A stretch of DNA of 64,000 nucleotides from Octopus vulgaris (lineage: Eukaryota). Under the pieces are notes generated by a model. That model made no database searches, was not told where the DNA came from, and was given only the letters and a program-made list of their open reading frames with translations. The translations under genes were made by a program, and so were the position numbers. Location: contig OX597825.1 of NCBI GenBank assembly GCA_951406725.2, positions 33,542,001 through 33,606,000 of the forward strand. The letters are read 5' to 3'. This document shows positions 49,431 to 62,388 of the stretch, in pieces (position 1 is the first letter of the stretch; each line of letters begins with the position of its first letter).

Positions 49431-52400
49431 TAGGATGCTGTTTGGAACATAAATTAGCATAAAATTTTATGGAAGGCGTTAACTTAGATCTCTTGAAAAG
49501 AGGAAATTTGTGTCATAGAATCAGGGATAGTCGACAAAAGAGTTCACTCTATCCGGAATCATCTCCACTTGTAATTTATTAGTGATCATTATCAAAAATA
49601 CTGGACTTGACCACTTAAATTGGACACGTCATACAACATAATATCACCGTTATTGAGTCAGTGAGGAAGCGTCAATGTGGCTGTTCAACTTCCTTGAAAT
49701 AGCAACCAAATTTTTGTCAAATCACACCTTAATGTTAGAGAAATGATATTCATTGGATAAAGAAGTCCAAAATTCACCGTCTGCAAATAGAGACAGGATG
49801 GTCATAACAGGAATGTCTTTGTTTATTCGTTTGCTGTCAAACATGATCAGAGTTTGTATGGCTTTAATCATAGTTTGCTCAGTCAGCATTCACCTTGGGC
49901 TAAACAGCAAACACAGAAATTGCAATTAATTATGAGCTCAATAATAACTGAAACCATACATTTATTGATTTGACAGGGAAAACATCCACCTACACTAAAA
50001 ACAACAACAACAACAACAAAAACAGATGCATAACAGTGTATTAAATTTAAATCATTAAAATCTACTTTTCAGAAAATATATATATATATTGAAACAAATG
50101 TTCAAACAAAACAGTTGTTTTAGTAGCAGCAACTGCAGAAAAATTTCTTCTCTTCTATGTTGGCTAATTATGTAAATTGTCATTTAAAACTTCTACTCTA
50201 ATTTTGTCTGTCTCAATCTGGCCACTCTCCCTAGCTTTTCTGTTTTCCTTTGTTCTTGACATATTTCCAATTTTATTTCTTTTTATCTTCACATCCTCAT
50301 TTTTCTAAAGTACAAATTCTTTTGCATTTATCTCGAAAATGTAACTCACTTCTACTTGCAGTTAACATAGAACATTTGTTTACAGCCAGAAATTTTTACT
50401 GGTTAAAATTTTCCTGATTATTAACATAATCTTTTGTCTTTTAATTCCAATTTACCATTATACTAATTCAGTATACCTCTAACCCTTTCATTAACTATAT
50501 TTCTAACCAAAACACACACCTCTGTGTTTCATTTAAATTCTTAAAATAATGTAGAATAAATGTAGACTGATTTCACAAAACTATAATTTTTTAAATTAAT
50601 ATATTAATATATTAAAGTGGTGTTTGGAATATAGCTAAATAAAAGATTTTTACACAAATCTATTATAGAATTTGTCTCTGAACTACTCTAATTATAGTTA
50701 TGTACAAATAAAATCTAAAATATAATGTTATTCAAATTTTGTTTAAATATCATTGTATAAAATGGGTTAGTGAACCAATGTTGTATTATATGATATATCT
50801 TGCAAAATACACATTATTATATTTAAAGCAAAAATGCTTTAATTTCATCACATTTTGTCTCTTTTTTTTTCTTTTCTTGCATAACAATCAGCTTCTGCCA
50901 TTATTATATGAAACATTCAAAGTACCAAGCTGGCAGAATCATTAGTGCATTGAACAAAATGCTTAGCAGCATTTCTTCAGGCTCTTTACATTCTCAGTTC
51001 AAATTTTGCTGAGGTCATCTTTGCCTTTCAGAGCCACTAAAATAAGTACCAGTTCAGTTGATATAACTGACTAACTCCTTCCCTAAAATAGTAGACTTTC
51101 TACTAAAATTTTAAATCATTATGTGGAACATTTGAATTGGACTAAATAAAAGCAAATAGTCTTTGGGTTCTAAGTCATGAAGAGGAATGATTGCTTCCTA
51201 ACCTTATGCTTTCAGATTCAGTCCCACTGCACAACACTTTGAGCAAGTGTTTTCTCTAGTTGTCCTGAGCCAACCAAAGCTGAAAATATTATGGAAATTT
51301 CTCAATATTTTCATCTAAATATTGGCTGTTGTTATTTGGATCCAGGTCAACCCTGTCATCAAAGGCTTGCCACCTGTGAACTACCTCCATATTATATTCA
51401 GCTATAGTATATCTAATAATTATATAATCTAATATAAAGCACCCATTACATGCTGTAAAGGGGTTATTGTTTGGAAGGGCATCTAACCATAAAAAAACCA
51501 TGCCAACGCAGACACTGAAGCATGATGCAATTCTTGGGCCTATCTGATCTTGTCAAACCATTCGGCCCATGGAACTAGACATTAAAGTTTTGCAAATGGA
51601 TTTGGTAGATAGAAACTGAAAGAAATGTGTGTGTCTGCGTCCTTGTCCAGACATCATGTGATGGCTATAAATGAGCATTATCATCATCATACATGCAAAG
51701 TTGTGTGTTTGCAGTTTTCCTTGAAAAACACATTTGGCTTTGGGAAAATATTATATTGCTTGGAAATAGATGAAGGCTGACAATGGAAAGGGCTTTCAGT
51801 TGTAGAAAATCTTCCTATGCTTGCATGGGTTGGGCAAAGTTTATAAACCTTGTCCAACTCATGCAAGCAAAGAAAGGTGGATGTTAAAGCAATAATGGTA
51901 ATAATGAATGTAACCGAACTTGTTTTTACTACACAGTGGGAGCCTCTCTGATCACTCAACTTGCTAGAAATAGCAATCACTTCTCCAAATCTTATGCTGC
52001 GCTCTTAGAAAAGGAATCATTGACAATCTGGTCTCTGTGCATAGCTAAAACACTTGATGGTCATGGATGGAAAGCCTTTGATTATAGGCCTTGTTGACAG
52101 TGACTGATCTAGGGCTAAACAATAATCATTACAAGTCAGAAACTCTAACTGTAATCTCTTCAGTGACTGCGATGAAGTCTGAGTTCACTTTGTAGGCACT
52201 CACTTTTACAGGAAATTCCTCATTGAACTCTTTACCAAACCATCCTATTTTAGTACTACTCTTTTACAAATCCTTTGTAACAACATATATGCGTTGTTTA
52301 CCAAATCAATTGAATGCTCTTTTGTGAACATATTTTTCATGAAGTATGATGTTTGTATGGTTCAAATAACTTTGGAAATAGTTAGAAATTTGGAAGGGTT

Positions 52401-52579
52401 TATTAAAAATCATTGAATTTTTCATTATTACTCTATTGTTTATAACATAACGGAAAACCACCCCAAGAAAAATATCCTTGCATAAAATTATAAAGGAAAG
52501 ATTTAATTTAAATATGAGCACTTTCAAACTGGAGGTTTTGTATTGTAGGTTTTGAGGCATTTAGAAGTGATTGTGGTAT

Positions 52580-52900
52580 TCATCATCATCATCATCAATC
52601 TGTTTTCCACACTGTATGGATTGGACAGTTTGAGAGGAGCCAGAGGACTGCACCGAGCATGTTTCTACAGTTGAATGTCCTTCCTAATGCCAATCACTTT
52701 ACAGAGTGCGCTGGGTGTTTTTTATGTGGTACCAGCAGCAGTGGGATCCCTAAGTAATTGACAAGACAAGACTCCTCAACTGAAGTTGGGAGTAGTATTG
52801 AGGGAGGTGGCTTTATGCCAGGTGATGTGAGGTTAAAGTATGATAGAAGGACAGGAACAGTAGTCTTGCTGTAGTGGAAATATATGTGGTTACCCCAGTT
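52580..52900 (-). mobile_element. GAT-tail element with long 5' extension
   Basis: catcatcatc tail and ccttcctaatgcc motif; extension shared with about 47990-48130, 23285-23430 and 13430-13600. Confidence 0.65.
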
Positions 52901-55900
52901 GGAAAAGAGAGAGAAGATGGTGGTGAAGATGTTTCAGAAGTTACAAAAAGATTAAGTTATCAAGGGTGTTTGGGGTGGTAATGATATAAAAAGGAATAAG
53001 TAAACTATAATATATAACAAAACAGCTGAATTGTCAAGTATCCAAACTCCTCTGAATTGGATCATTATATGTAAGGGGTATTGTTGTTGTGTAGCCTCAT
53101 GTTGGCACTGATTGAGAAGGCTGTAGCCAAAGGTATTCCAGCTGCAACCATCTCTGTCTTATTCAGTATTTAAGACTATATTATACAATGTATGATTTGT
53201 GAAAATTTAGCTATTATTTCTTGCAGATCAAGCAACCACATAGAGGCATTGTCTTTAGTTAGCAAAATGTATTGTGAAGTTGTTATGTATTTAGCTACCA
53301 TCCAAATGATCATCTCCATATTATAGTTTGTATATTAGAATTGATTTTTAGAAAAAATTTGTTTTAATTTTTTTTTTTTAGTTTCTTAAGTTCATCCACT
53401 AAATTATTGAAATTAATTTCAGTTATACCTTTGATTCAAATGATGACTGTGAATGTGTTTAGTTTGGGGAGGGAAAAATAATTGATTACTCTATGATAGG
53501 GAACAAAACAATATATTGATATAACTAATTCTAAGTTTGATACAAAAACTTTTTCAGACATAATATATTGAATTCAAATCAACTGTCTATACTTCAGATT
53601 TATTGAGCATTGAAGTCTTATAATTTACAAAGAATATCAGCCTTCAATGTACCGATGCCAGAAATTTCACGTTGAAGCAACTATTTTTAACTTGATTATG
53701 AGGAACATGTGCAACAGACGTGAACTGATATATCCTGTTGTAAACACACATTACAGGGTGTGTCTGTTGAGGTGCGTGTGATTTCTCTACCCACCATCTT
53801 CAAATAAAGGGACACTTTATTTATTAATTGCTGTATTAATAAATATCTTGCAGTTGTTGTTGACATTTAACCCTAAATCAACTCTGATCAAAAGTCTTCT
53901 AGCTGGAATCATCTCTTACTTTTTATACATTGGAAAGTCAACTGTTTGGTATAGCTGTCTTTATTTTAGTTGATAGAGTTTGATTTGAAGAAGATTTTGT
54001 TGCTATTTCTAGCTGGTCAAGTGAATATATAGAGGCTTCTTAATTGGGTTGTATTTCTTTCAAACCAGAGCTGAAAATATTATGGAAATTAATCCTATAT
54101 TTTCACCTCAATATTGGTTATTGTTATTTGAATTCATGTGAACCCGTTTATCAAAGGTTTTCCCACCTGTGAACTACCTTCATCTTATATTCAGACATAG
54201 TGTATCTAATAATCTAATATAAAGTACCCATTGCATGCTGTAAAGGGGTTGGAGTTACAATGGGCATCCAGCTGTAGAAACCATGTCAAAGCAGACACTA
54301 GAGCATGATGTAGTCTTTGGGCCTGTCAGATCTTATAAAACCATTCAGCCCTTGCTAGCATGGAACATAGATGTTAAATGATAATGATGATAATAAGAGA
54401 TTATTTAATGGTATCTTCCATCTGTAAGATAAGACACATTCATGTATGCTTTGAAGAAGATTGCATTGCTATTTCTTGTGGATTGAATGACAATGTAGAG
54501 GTTCCTTTTTTAGCCCAGCTAAATAGTGGTTTCGCATTTTGGTAGAAGACAAGACAGCAAATCTGCAAGAGGACATTATAATTGACTTTGTACTTATTTT
54601 ACCAACCACAAGATCTTTAAAGATTGAGTCATCTTCAGAAAAATTTGAACTTGTCTTCGAAGGAGAAACATATTTACAATTAGACAGGTGTTTAGATTAG
54701 CATTCTACTATTTGTGCCTATCCAGTGCTTGAATAATTCTTTCTAATTTTGGCATAAGGTAAGCAATTTGGAGTGGAGTGAGTAGGTTGACTATGTTGAC
54801 TCCAGTACTTTTATTGACCCCCAGAAGCATGAAAGGCAAAGTTGGCCTTGGGATTTGAGCTCCAAATGTATAGAACTGAAAGAAATGCTGCTATGAATTT
54901 TGGCCAATGCTACAATGATTCTGCCAGCTGGCTGGCTTCACTGACTAAATAACAACACTACCCGATCAGATCATATGGCTGACAGCCCATACAATAGTAG
55001 ACGATGTGTTATTATTGTTGTATAGGGGTCTGTGTAGTGTTTTGCTCATATTCATTTAAGTAGGGTTCAGTTGATACTTAGCTATTTAGTCAGCCCACTT
55101 GCAGTATTGTTTTTAATATGCTGCCATACTAGTTTCACTTTGGCAAACTAGTTGCTGGCTTAGCAGAATTTTTGATACTGTAGGGTACCTCTTGCAGTAT
55201 GCGCATTATATACATACACAGGTGCGCATACACACACACACACATACACACATGCACTCTTGTCAGACGGAAATTGATAAGGCAGTTTTTTTACACTTGG
55301 ATGCCTTTCTTGATGCCAGCCCTCACCTGTTTCCAAGAAGGATAATATTTCCCATGGCCAGCCATGTTTTTCATGGAAGACTGGAAATGAACATCATTTG
55401 TACAATGGCAATATTCATTTGCAGCCTTTATGTGATATCTAGACAGGGTACATGCAAACACAGACATACACACATACACATACATGCAAATATATACATC
55501 ATACAGAATTCATATCATTCCACAAAAGTGTGCGTGTGCGCACACACACACACACACACACACACACTCTCTCTCTCTCTCTCTCTCTCATGCCCATAAA
55601 TATAAATTTAGAATCTGTAAACTAGGAGATAAGATAGACCTGCAGCAGATCTGAAAAAGAGAGGGCATGTCATTGATGAGGATGCAGAGAGTGACAGAAA
55701 GACTCTGTCAATCCTAGTTGATTGATTGACTGACCAAACTGTCAATTAGTTAATTGGTTAGCTAATTAACTAATAATAGTAGAAGTGAAATAGAATCAGT
55801 GCATGTGTCTATTATTGGCATAATGACCCTCCAAAGATATGGCATAAGTTAAAGAAAATATATTTATGTATTTGCTTTTTAATGGCAATATGTAATACTT

Positions 55901-57149
55901 TGTAATTAAATGTAGGGAAATAATCTCATGGTTTATTTGTAATTGAAATGTTTTTAGAAAAAAAAACCCAACAAACAAACAAAGATTGAAAGTATGTGAT
56001 TGATTACCAAATTGTAATACAGAGCAATTCAAGGAACTTCTGACAATTTATTTCTTTGGCAACAAATACACAATTACGTTTTTGTGTTATCTAATTTTCT
56101 GGATCATCATCGTCATCATCATCATCATGTCTTTGTTATCATTGATATTCATCAGCATCCCCATCATCATTGTCGTCATCATCATCTCCCCACTCCTCTT
56201 GGACATTACCATATTGAATCAAATTGAACCATATTGGAAATGAATGGCTCCTTCTGTGTGGGAGTGACACTGATTTACAAAGATCACACACACAATTACG
56301 TGACAAGCTTCTTTCAGTTTCCATCTTGCAAATCCTCTCACAAGGCTTTGGTTAGCCCGGGGCTATATTAGAAGACACTTGCCCAATGAGTCACACAGTG
56401 GGACTGAACCTTGATCATGTGGTTGGGAAACAAACTACTTACTACATAGACACACCTGCTGTTCAGTGATCATCAGGAAATTTATTTTGAATTGTTAAAG
56501 AAAGATACAAACTTTTCTGATAAAAATAAAACTATTTTTTAAATAAATCCCATCAACATAATCATAATCTGTATTTTTGAAAGCATATCTCTGCAAATTT
56601 TCGTTAAAAAAGTATGCATTATTAAGAAATTTATGAGGAAACAAAGTGAGGTGGAGCCACTAAAATTTTAGTTATACCTATTGAAAAGTCTTTTGTATTG
56701 TGTATATTGTGTATTCAGAAATGTAAATAATTCATGAAAGATGAACATAATATCCATGATTGAAAAATATAAACAAGATTCACTTTTATTTTATTTTATT
56801 TTTCTTTATAATTTCATGTCATTTCATGAATGAATATTTCAGTTTTATAATGCATGTACATACATTTGGAAAATATTCATAAAAATATTTATGACATTTA
56901 TATTTTGTAAGTTAATGTTAAAAGTATAGTTTTATATTTAGCTCTTTTATTAGTTTCAACTGTTCATTTTAAATTTTTTAGCATCTTTTTAGTGCCTATT
57001 CTTGACAAATTAGCTCTTTTTGAATATTTTCATTGCCATGATTTTGGATAAGTTTAAAAAGTGGAAAGTACAATATACATAATTTAACCAAAAGTAAAAT
57101 TACCCCCAGTTATAAAATCTATGATGTTATTGATTCTTAGGTGAAGCTT

Positions 57150-57507
57150 AGCTGTGTGGTAAAAAGCTTGCCTCTTAACCACATGGTTCCAGGTTCAGTC
57201 CCATAACATAGCACCTTGGGCAAGTGTCTTCTACTATAGCCTCAAGCTGACCAAAGCCTCATGAGTGGATTTATTGGATGGAAACTGAAAGAAACCCATC
57301 TTTATGTCTGTGTTTGTCCCTCCATCACTGCTTGACAATTGGTGTTGGTGTGTTTACATCCCCGTAACTTAGTGATTTGGCAAAAGAGACTGATAGAATA
57401 AATACCAGGCTTAAAAAGTAAGTTCTGGAGATGATTTATTCAACTAAAACCCCTCAAAGCAATGCTCCAGTATGGCTGCAGTCAAATGACTGAAACGAAT
57501 AAAAGAA
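57150..57507 (+). mobile_element. tRNA-derived SINE, family A
   Basis: Colinear with family A. Confidence 0.88.
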
Positions 57508-57508
57508 T

Positions 57509-59160
57509 TTGTCAAAACAAGTTACGTGTCACCTTCTACTTCCAGCTCTTTTGATACCAAACCACTAGAGACCATCTCTGGTTCTGTGACAAAAACTCCC
57601 TGTTTTAAAACCATTTTAATAATGCTTTTCATGACAATTTATGTTCCAAATTTCAGCTTAATAATCGCTAAGTTATTTTACTTAATTCTTCACTATTTTC
57701 ACATTTAATTGAAATAAAAGCAGTATATTTTAATAGAGATAGGCTACCAAAAGGTCTAAACAACTTCTGTATCTCATTTTTATACTTGCTAAATTAGAAA
57801 AACTTGTTGCTTCATACACACATTTTGAGCCAAATAAAATAAGGATTTATATTGACTTCTTAGAGCAACTTAGGGGCTGCTGTTAAGTGGATATGAATTC
57901 ACACCTAAAGTTTTGAAAATTAAAAGGCTGAAACAGAATTTCCAAAGTACTTACAGTTTTCATATCAATAATTTCATCATCATCTTTCTTTTCTAATTCT
58001 TGTGATGATTCTTCAATAACACATGCAAATGGATTTATTACCCAACTGTACTTCTTATATGGTATCTCAGAGAACCACACACTTTTCCAGGAAGTTCTAG
58101 AAAGGTATTCCTGGCAGCCTCTGCAATTTCTGTGGTTTCTGAAAAAAGTTTGAAGGGATATCAGTGAAACATAATTCCTTGCCAATTGAACTATTGGCAC
58201 CAATTCCTCAGTTTCTCACAAAATGCACTATTTTTCCATTTTGCAGAAACATATTTAAATGCTTTCCCTGAAGGGACAAGCTGAGATTATTGACTTGCTA
58301 AAGAATTCAGTGAGATAAATTTATCACAAATGTCTCTCTTCAGTCAGAAAATTGACTAAATCTGATTTTTCTTTTTTCTGTGATGAAAGAATTATTTCTT
58401 TCCATCTTTAGAAAGTTCCTTATACAACAGTAACTTTTTATTAGCAGCCCCTGCTGTATTACATAATTCAAATGATAATCCAGCATTTGTTGGATTGGTT
58501 TTAAGGAATTCATTATCTCATAATAGTTTCCATAGTGACATATATAAATCATGGCTTATTTCCTTCAATTTTAAAACCTATCAGAAAATAATTCAATATG
58601 CTTGCAAAATTTGTTCCGTTGCAAGCTGTTTGACAATGATACATCATTCAATGTGCTTTCCTGTAATGTTAGCCAGTGCATATTGTGGCAACTGTACTCA
58701 CAAAGAAGCTGTTAGTTGAAAGGAAAGTTAGCAAAAGCTGGAGAAATTCGCTTGGTGTAGCTTACAAAAACAAAATATTTTTCTGAACAGAAAATTGCAA
58801 TCAAAGAATGGCGAGATTACTGCTTACTTCATGTTCAAATAGAATGCTTGAACGAAATACAGATTCTACTGATTAATATGCTGCAAACTACTGCTCTTTT
58901 GACAAATATATTGCTTTCTGCTTGCAGAATTAGTACATAGGAATATATCATATTTATCATATTTATCTATTATACATCCATAAAGCCAGTGACAAACAAG
59001 CAATGTGGGGTAACACAGTAAGGATGTAGCAGTAAGATGTAACATAGTATGTGTAGGTGTGTTGGTGTTGTTCTTGCAGATCAAAGGGAACGGCCTGTTG
59101 TACCAAATCCAGTATCTCTGAACTGGCAGCAGGTTTCAAAGATCAGCTGAATTTTTGCAT
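57509..59160 (-). pseudogene. Decayed hAT transposase (Buster/Charlie, ZBED5/SCAND3-like)
   Basis: Minus-strand fragments in the expected order: SSNLAIL; CIIVKQLA (cf. HCIIHREALA); FLKTNPTNAGLSFELCNTAGAANKKLLLYKE; YLTEFFSK/NNLSLSLQGK; YSWVINPF; SKKSI*ILILFGSKCVYEATSFSNLASIKMRYRSCL (dimerisation domain); then a MITE; then EVEGDT*LVLT. Many stops and frameshifts. Confidence 0.85.
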
Positions 59161-59450
59161 AATGTAATGGCTAGATGCAGTTTGAAGTTTAGAATGGCAA
59201 CAGTTGGTGGGTTTCTTGCTTGCAGATCAAAGTGAATGAGCTGTCATGGCAGTTATGTTTATTTCAATGGTTAAAAACCACCGGCCACTTAATTGTTCAG
59301 GATTACAGTTAGTGAAATCCATAAATCCATTTAATCCTTCAACTGCAAAATTAAATTCCATGATTATTTCAGTAATGATGTTAAATACTTACCCAAACAA
59401 TAGAATTGGTATTTTCTGCAACTCAAGGTTGCCTCAATAAACTTGACATT

Positions 59451-60247
59451 GACGCAGGAGTGGCTTTGTGATAAGTAGCTTGCTTACCAATCACATGGTT
59501 CCGGGTTCAGTCCTACTGCGTGGCACCTCGGACAAGTGTCTTCTACTATTAGCCTTGGGCCGACCAAAGCCTTGTGAGTAGATTTAGTAGACAGAAACTG
59601 AAAGAAGCCCGTTGTATATATATATCATCATCATCATTTAGTGTCCGTTTTCCATGCTAGCATGGGTTGGACGGTTCAACTGGGATCTGCGAAGCCGGAA
59701 GGCTGCATCAGGCCCAGTCAGATCTGGCAGTGTTTCTACGGCTGGATGCCCTTCCTAATGCCAACCACTCCGTGAGTGTAGTGGGTGCCTTTTACATGCC
59801 ACCCGCACAGGTGCCAGACGGAGCTGGCAAATGGCCATGAACGGATGATGCTTTTACGTGCCACCGGTACGGGGGTCAGGCGAGGCTGGCAACAGAAACG
59901 AACGGATGGTGCTTTTACGTGCCACCGGCACGGGGGCCAGGCGAGGCTGGCAACGGACACGAACGGATGGTGCCTTTATGTGCCACCGGCACGGTGGCCA
60001 GGCAAGGCTGGCAGCGGACACGAACGGATGGTGCTTATTTGTGTGTGTGTGTTTGTCCCCTCAGCATCTCTAGACAACTGATGCTGCTGTGTTTACATTC
60101 CCATAACTTAGCATTTCGGCAAAAGTGACTGATAGAATAAGTACTGGGCTTACAAAACATAAGTCCTCAGGTCGATTTGCTCACCTAAAGGTGGTGCTCC
60201 AGCATGGCCACAGTCAAATGACTGAAACAAGTAAAAGAATAAAAGAA
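59451..60247 (+). mobile_element. Family-A SINE with a GAT-tail element (59625-60036, minus strand) nested in its internal (TA)n
   Basis: Head 59451-59615 and body 60037-60247 are colinear with family A. Confidence 0.9.
59784..60036. repeat. Four tandem units of about 61 bp inside the GAT-tail element
   Basis: Unit starts at 59784, 59847, 59908, 59969 and 60030. Confidence 0.92.
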
Positions 60248-61564
60248 TATCTCAGCGAAAAGTAGTTTCAAACATGACATTCCTCAACAAAAGATAGATT
60301 AATATATAAAATTGCTTTCCACTGTTAAGAGTAATGAAATTTTCAGTGGCTATATCTGATTTCCAAAGTAAAGAAAGTTAAACATAGCAGTTTATGACCC
60401 CCCTCCTTTGTCAGTCCTCACAAATTCCCTTCAGGAGGTAACCTGATCCTGACACCCTATGAGAAATACTGTGCTAAGCTAGGGGCTGTTTTTATTATCT
60501 GTATTATTTTAATATACACTAGATCTATTTAGAAACTGACTGAGTCAGCAAGCAACTCTGATTGAGAGGTTGAATTAATTCAGAAGTTTTAAAGCAAAAG
60601 AAAAGTCATGTAAATGTGAATATAGTGTGTGAATACACCAACATGCAAACTACTCAAATGACTGGATAAATGCACAGACATCAATATTCACATTCAAGTA
60701 CTGTGTGGATATTAAACTTTTAAAGTATTCACTATGAATGTTTAGTATTTACTTTACATAATTAACAGATAGGAGGGATATTTGCTTTACTGTGAGAAAT
60801 GAAATTTAATAAATACATTGAAAAATCTTCTATTAACACTTTTTTGTTGTTGTTGTTAAGCAACAAGACGGGTAAGGGTGATTAGGTGATGGTCTAGGGC
60901 GTAGGAGTGGGAGACCCTAGATCTTGGGGGAAAAAACCCCAAAATTTTGGTTGTCTTGTAGTCGAGGACTCTTTGTTGACGCCCGACACCACTGGGAGGT
61001 GGCCCTCGAAGTCGCTGGAAATGGAGATCTCCAGGTCCAAATTCTTGAACAGCTATTAACCCTTTTCAACTAAACCGACCCAAGATCCCTCTGGTTCTCG
61101 GGTACAAACTTCCTATTCTAAAATTATCGAAATTCAAATTTTCCATTAAAATTTCACATTAATTTATGTTCCAAACATCTGTTTTATAATAACAGAGTTA
61201 CTTAACTATATTATTATTTTTTGAAGTCAGTTGAAACAAAATAGTCTTCATATTGTTCTCTCAAATATAATACTTATTTATTCACATTGTTTTGAATTAA
61301 CTATACATTATCTAGTAGCTTGAGGTTTTTTGATGATGCATTTGCTTATTTTCATAATAACACTGCAGGATAGTTTCAAAGGATTAAAGCTTAGAAAGGT
61401 TTTCTGAAATAAGAGTCAGTAAATAGCCATGGATTATTAGAAGTTTGCAGAAAAATTTGTTAAATTGTCTTATATAGTTTGATGAGTGAATTTGATGATG
61501 TATCCTACTAAGGATTATATTCTTGATTTTAATCTTGGCTGAGGATATGCTATCTTTTAAATTG

Positions 61565-61935
61565 TTTGAGTCATTGGACTGTGGCCATGCTGGGGCACCA
61601 CCTTGTAGTGTTTTAGCTGAACAAATCAACCCCAGTACTTCCTTTTATTTTAATTTTGGTACTTATTCTGTCAGCCTTTTTTTTTGTTTTACCAAACTGC
61701 TAAGTTACAGGAATATAAACAAACCAATACATGTCAATTGATATGAGACAACCACAAATGCACATATGCATGGACACACTCAATGGACTTCTTTCAGTTT
61801 CCTTCTACCAAATCCACTCACAAAGGTTTAGTTGGCATGGGACTATAGTAGAAGACATTTGCCCAAGGTACCAACAGTGGGACTGAACCTGCAACCATGT
61901 GGATAGGAGGCAAACTTTTGATCTCACAGCCATGC
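61565..61935 (-). mobile_element. tRNA-derived SINE, family A
   Basis: Reverse complement colinear with family A. Confidence 0.82.
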
Positions 61936-61975
61936 TCTATAAAAGATTACCTTAATATGGCATGAGCTAATGAAG

Positions 61976-62388
61976 GAGTCTCTATGCAGTTTACTTTTGT
62001 TCACCACAAACAGCAGCCAAAGTTTCCTCATATCACATTAGCTAACAAAGGGAGCCTCTGCGTAATCACTTGACCTTGTAGAAATAGCAGCTGAATCTCT
62101 CTTAAATCACACAGATCACTGAAAGAGCCTTTGTGTGGTTGCCTGATCAGCTTGAAATGATAGCTAAATGTCCATCAAGTTACATGAACCAGTAAGAGAA
62201 CCTCTTCATGGTCATGTGACCTATTGGAAATTACAGCCAGAGCTCTTTCAAATTACATGAACTAATGGAAGAGCCTTTATGTTGGTTGCTCAACTTGTTA
62301 GAAATAGTAGCTAAATCTCAGTCAAATCACTCAAACTTACAAAAATGTTTGTAGTTGCTTGACACCCTTGAAATAACAGTAGAATCAA
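61976..62388 (+). repeat. Diverged tandem array, period about 73 bp, derived from the family-C 5' part
   Basis: gagcc-like starts at 61976, 62052, 62125, 62198, 62271 and about 62344; each unit has gaaatagcagc...tcaaatcac-like motifs. Confidence 0.8.

Noticed and set aside
56863-56935. Possible next SNX27 exon after tttcAG (FYNACTYIW...)
   Set aside because: Does not resemble the expected PX continuation (VYNxYMAGR.LCSxRY); AT-rich noise.
59784-60036. CRISPR-like array of hairpin repeats
   Set aside because: The intervening sequences are homologous to each other rather than unique spacers, the array lies inside a SINE, there are no cas genes, and the context is a eukaryotic intron.
61976-62388. 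tRNA gene cluster suggested by the 73-bp period
   Set aside because: No T-loop GTTC motif, acceptor stems or cloverleaf; the units match the family-C repeat.
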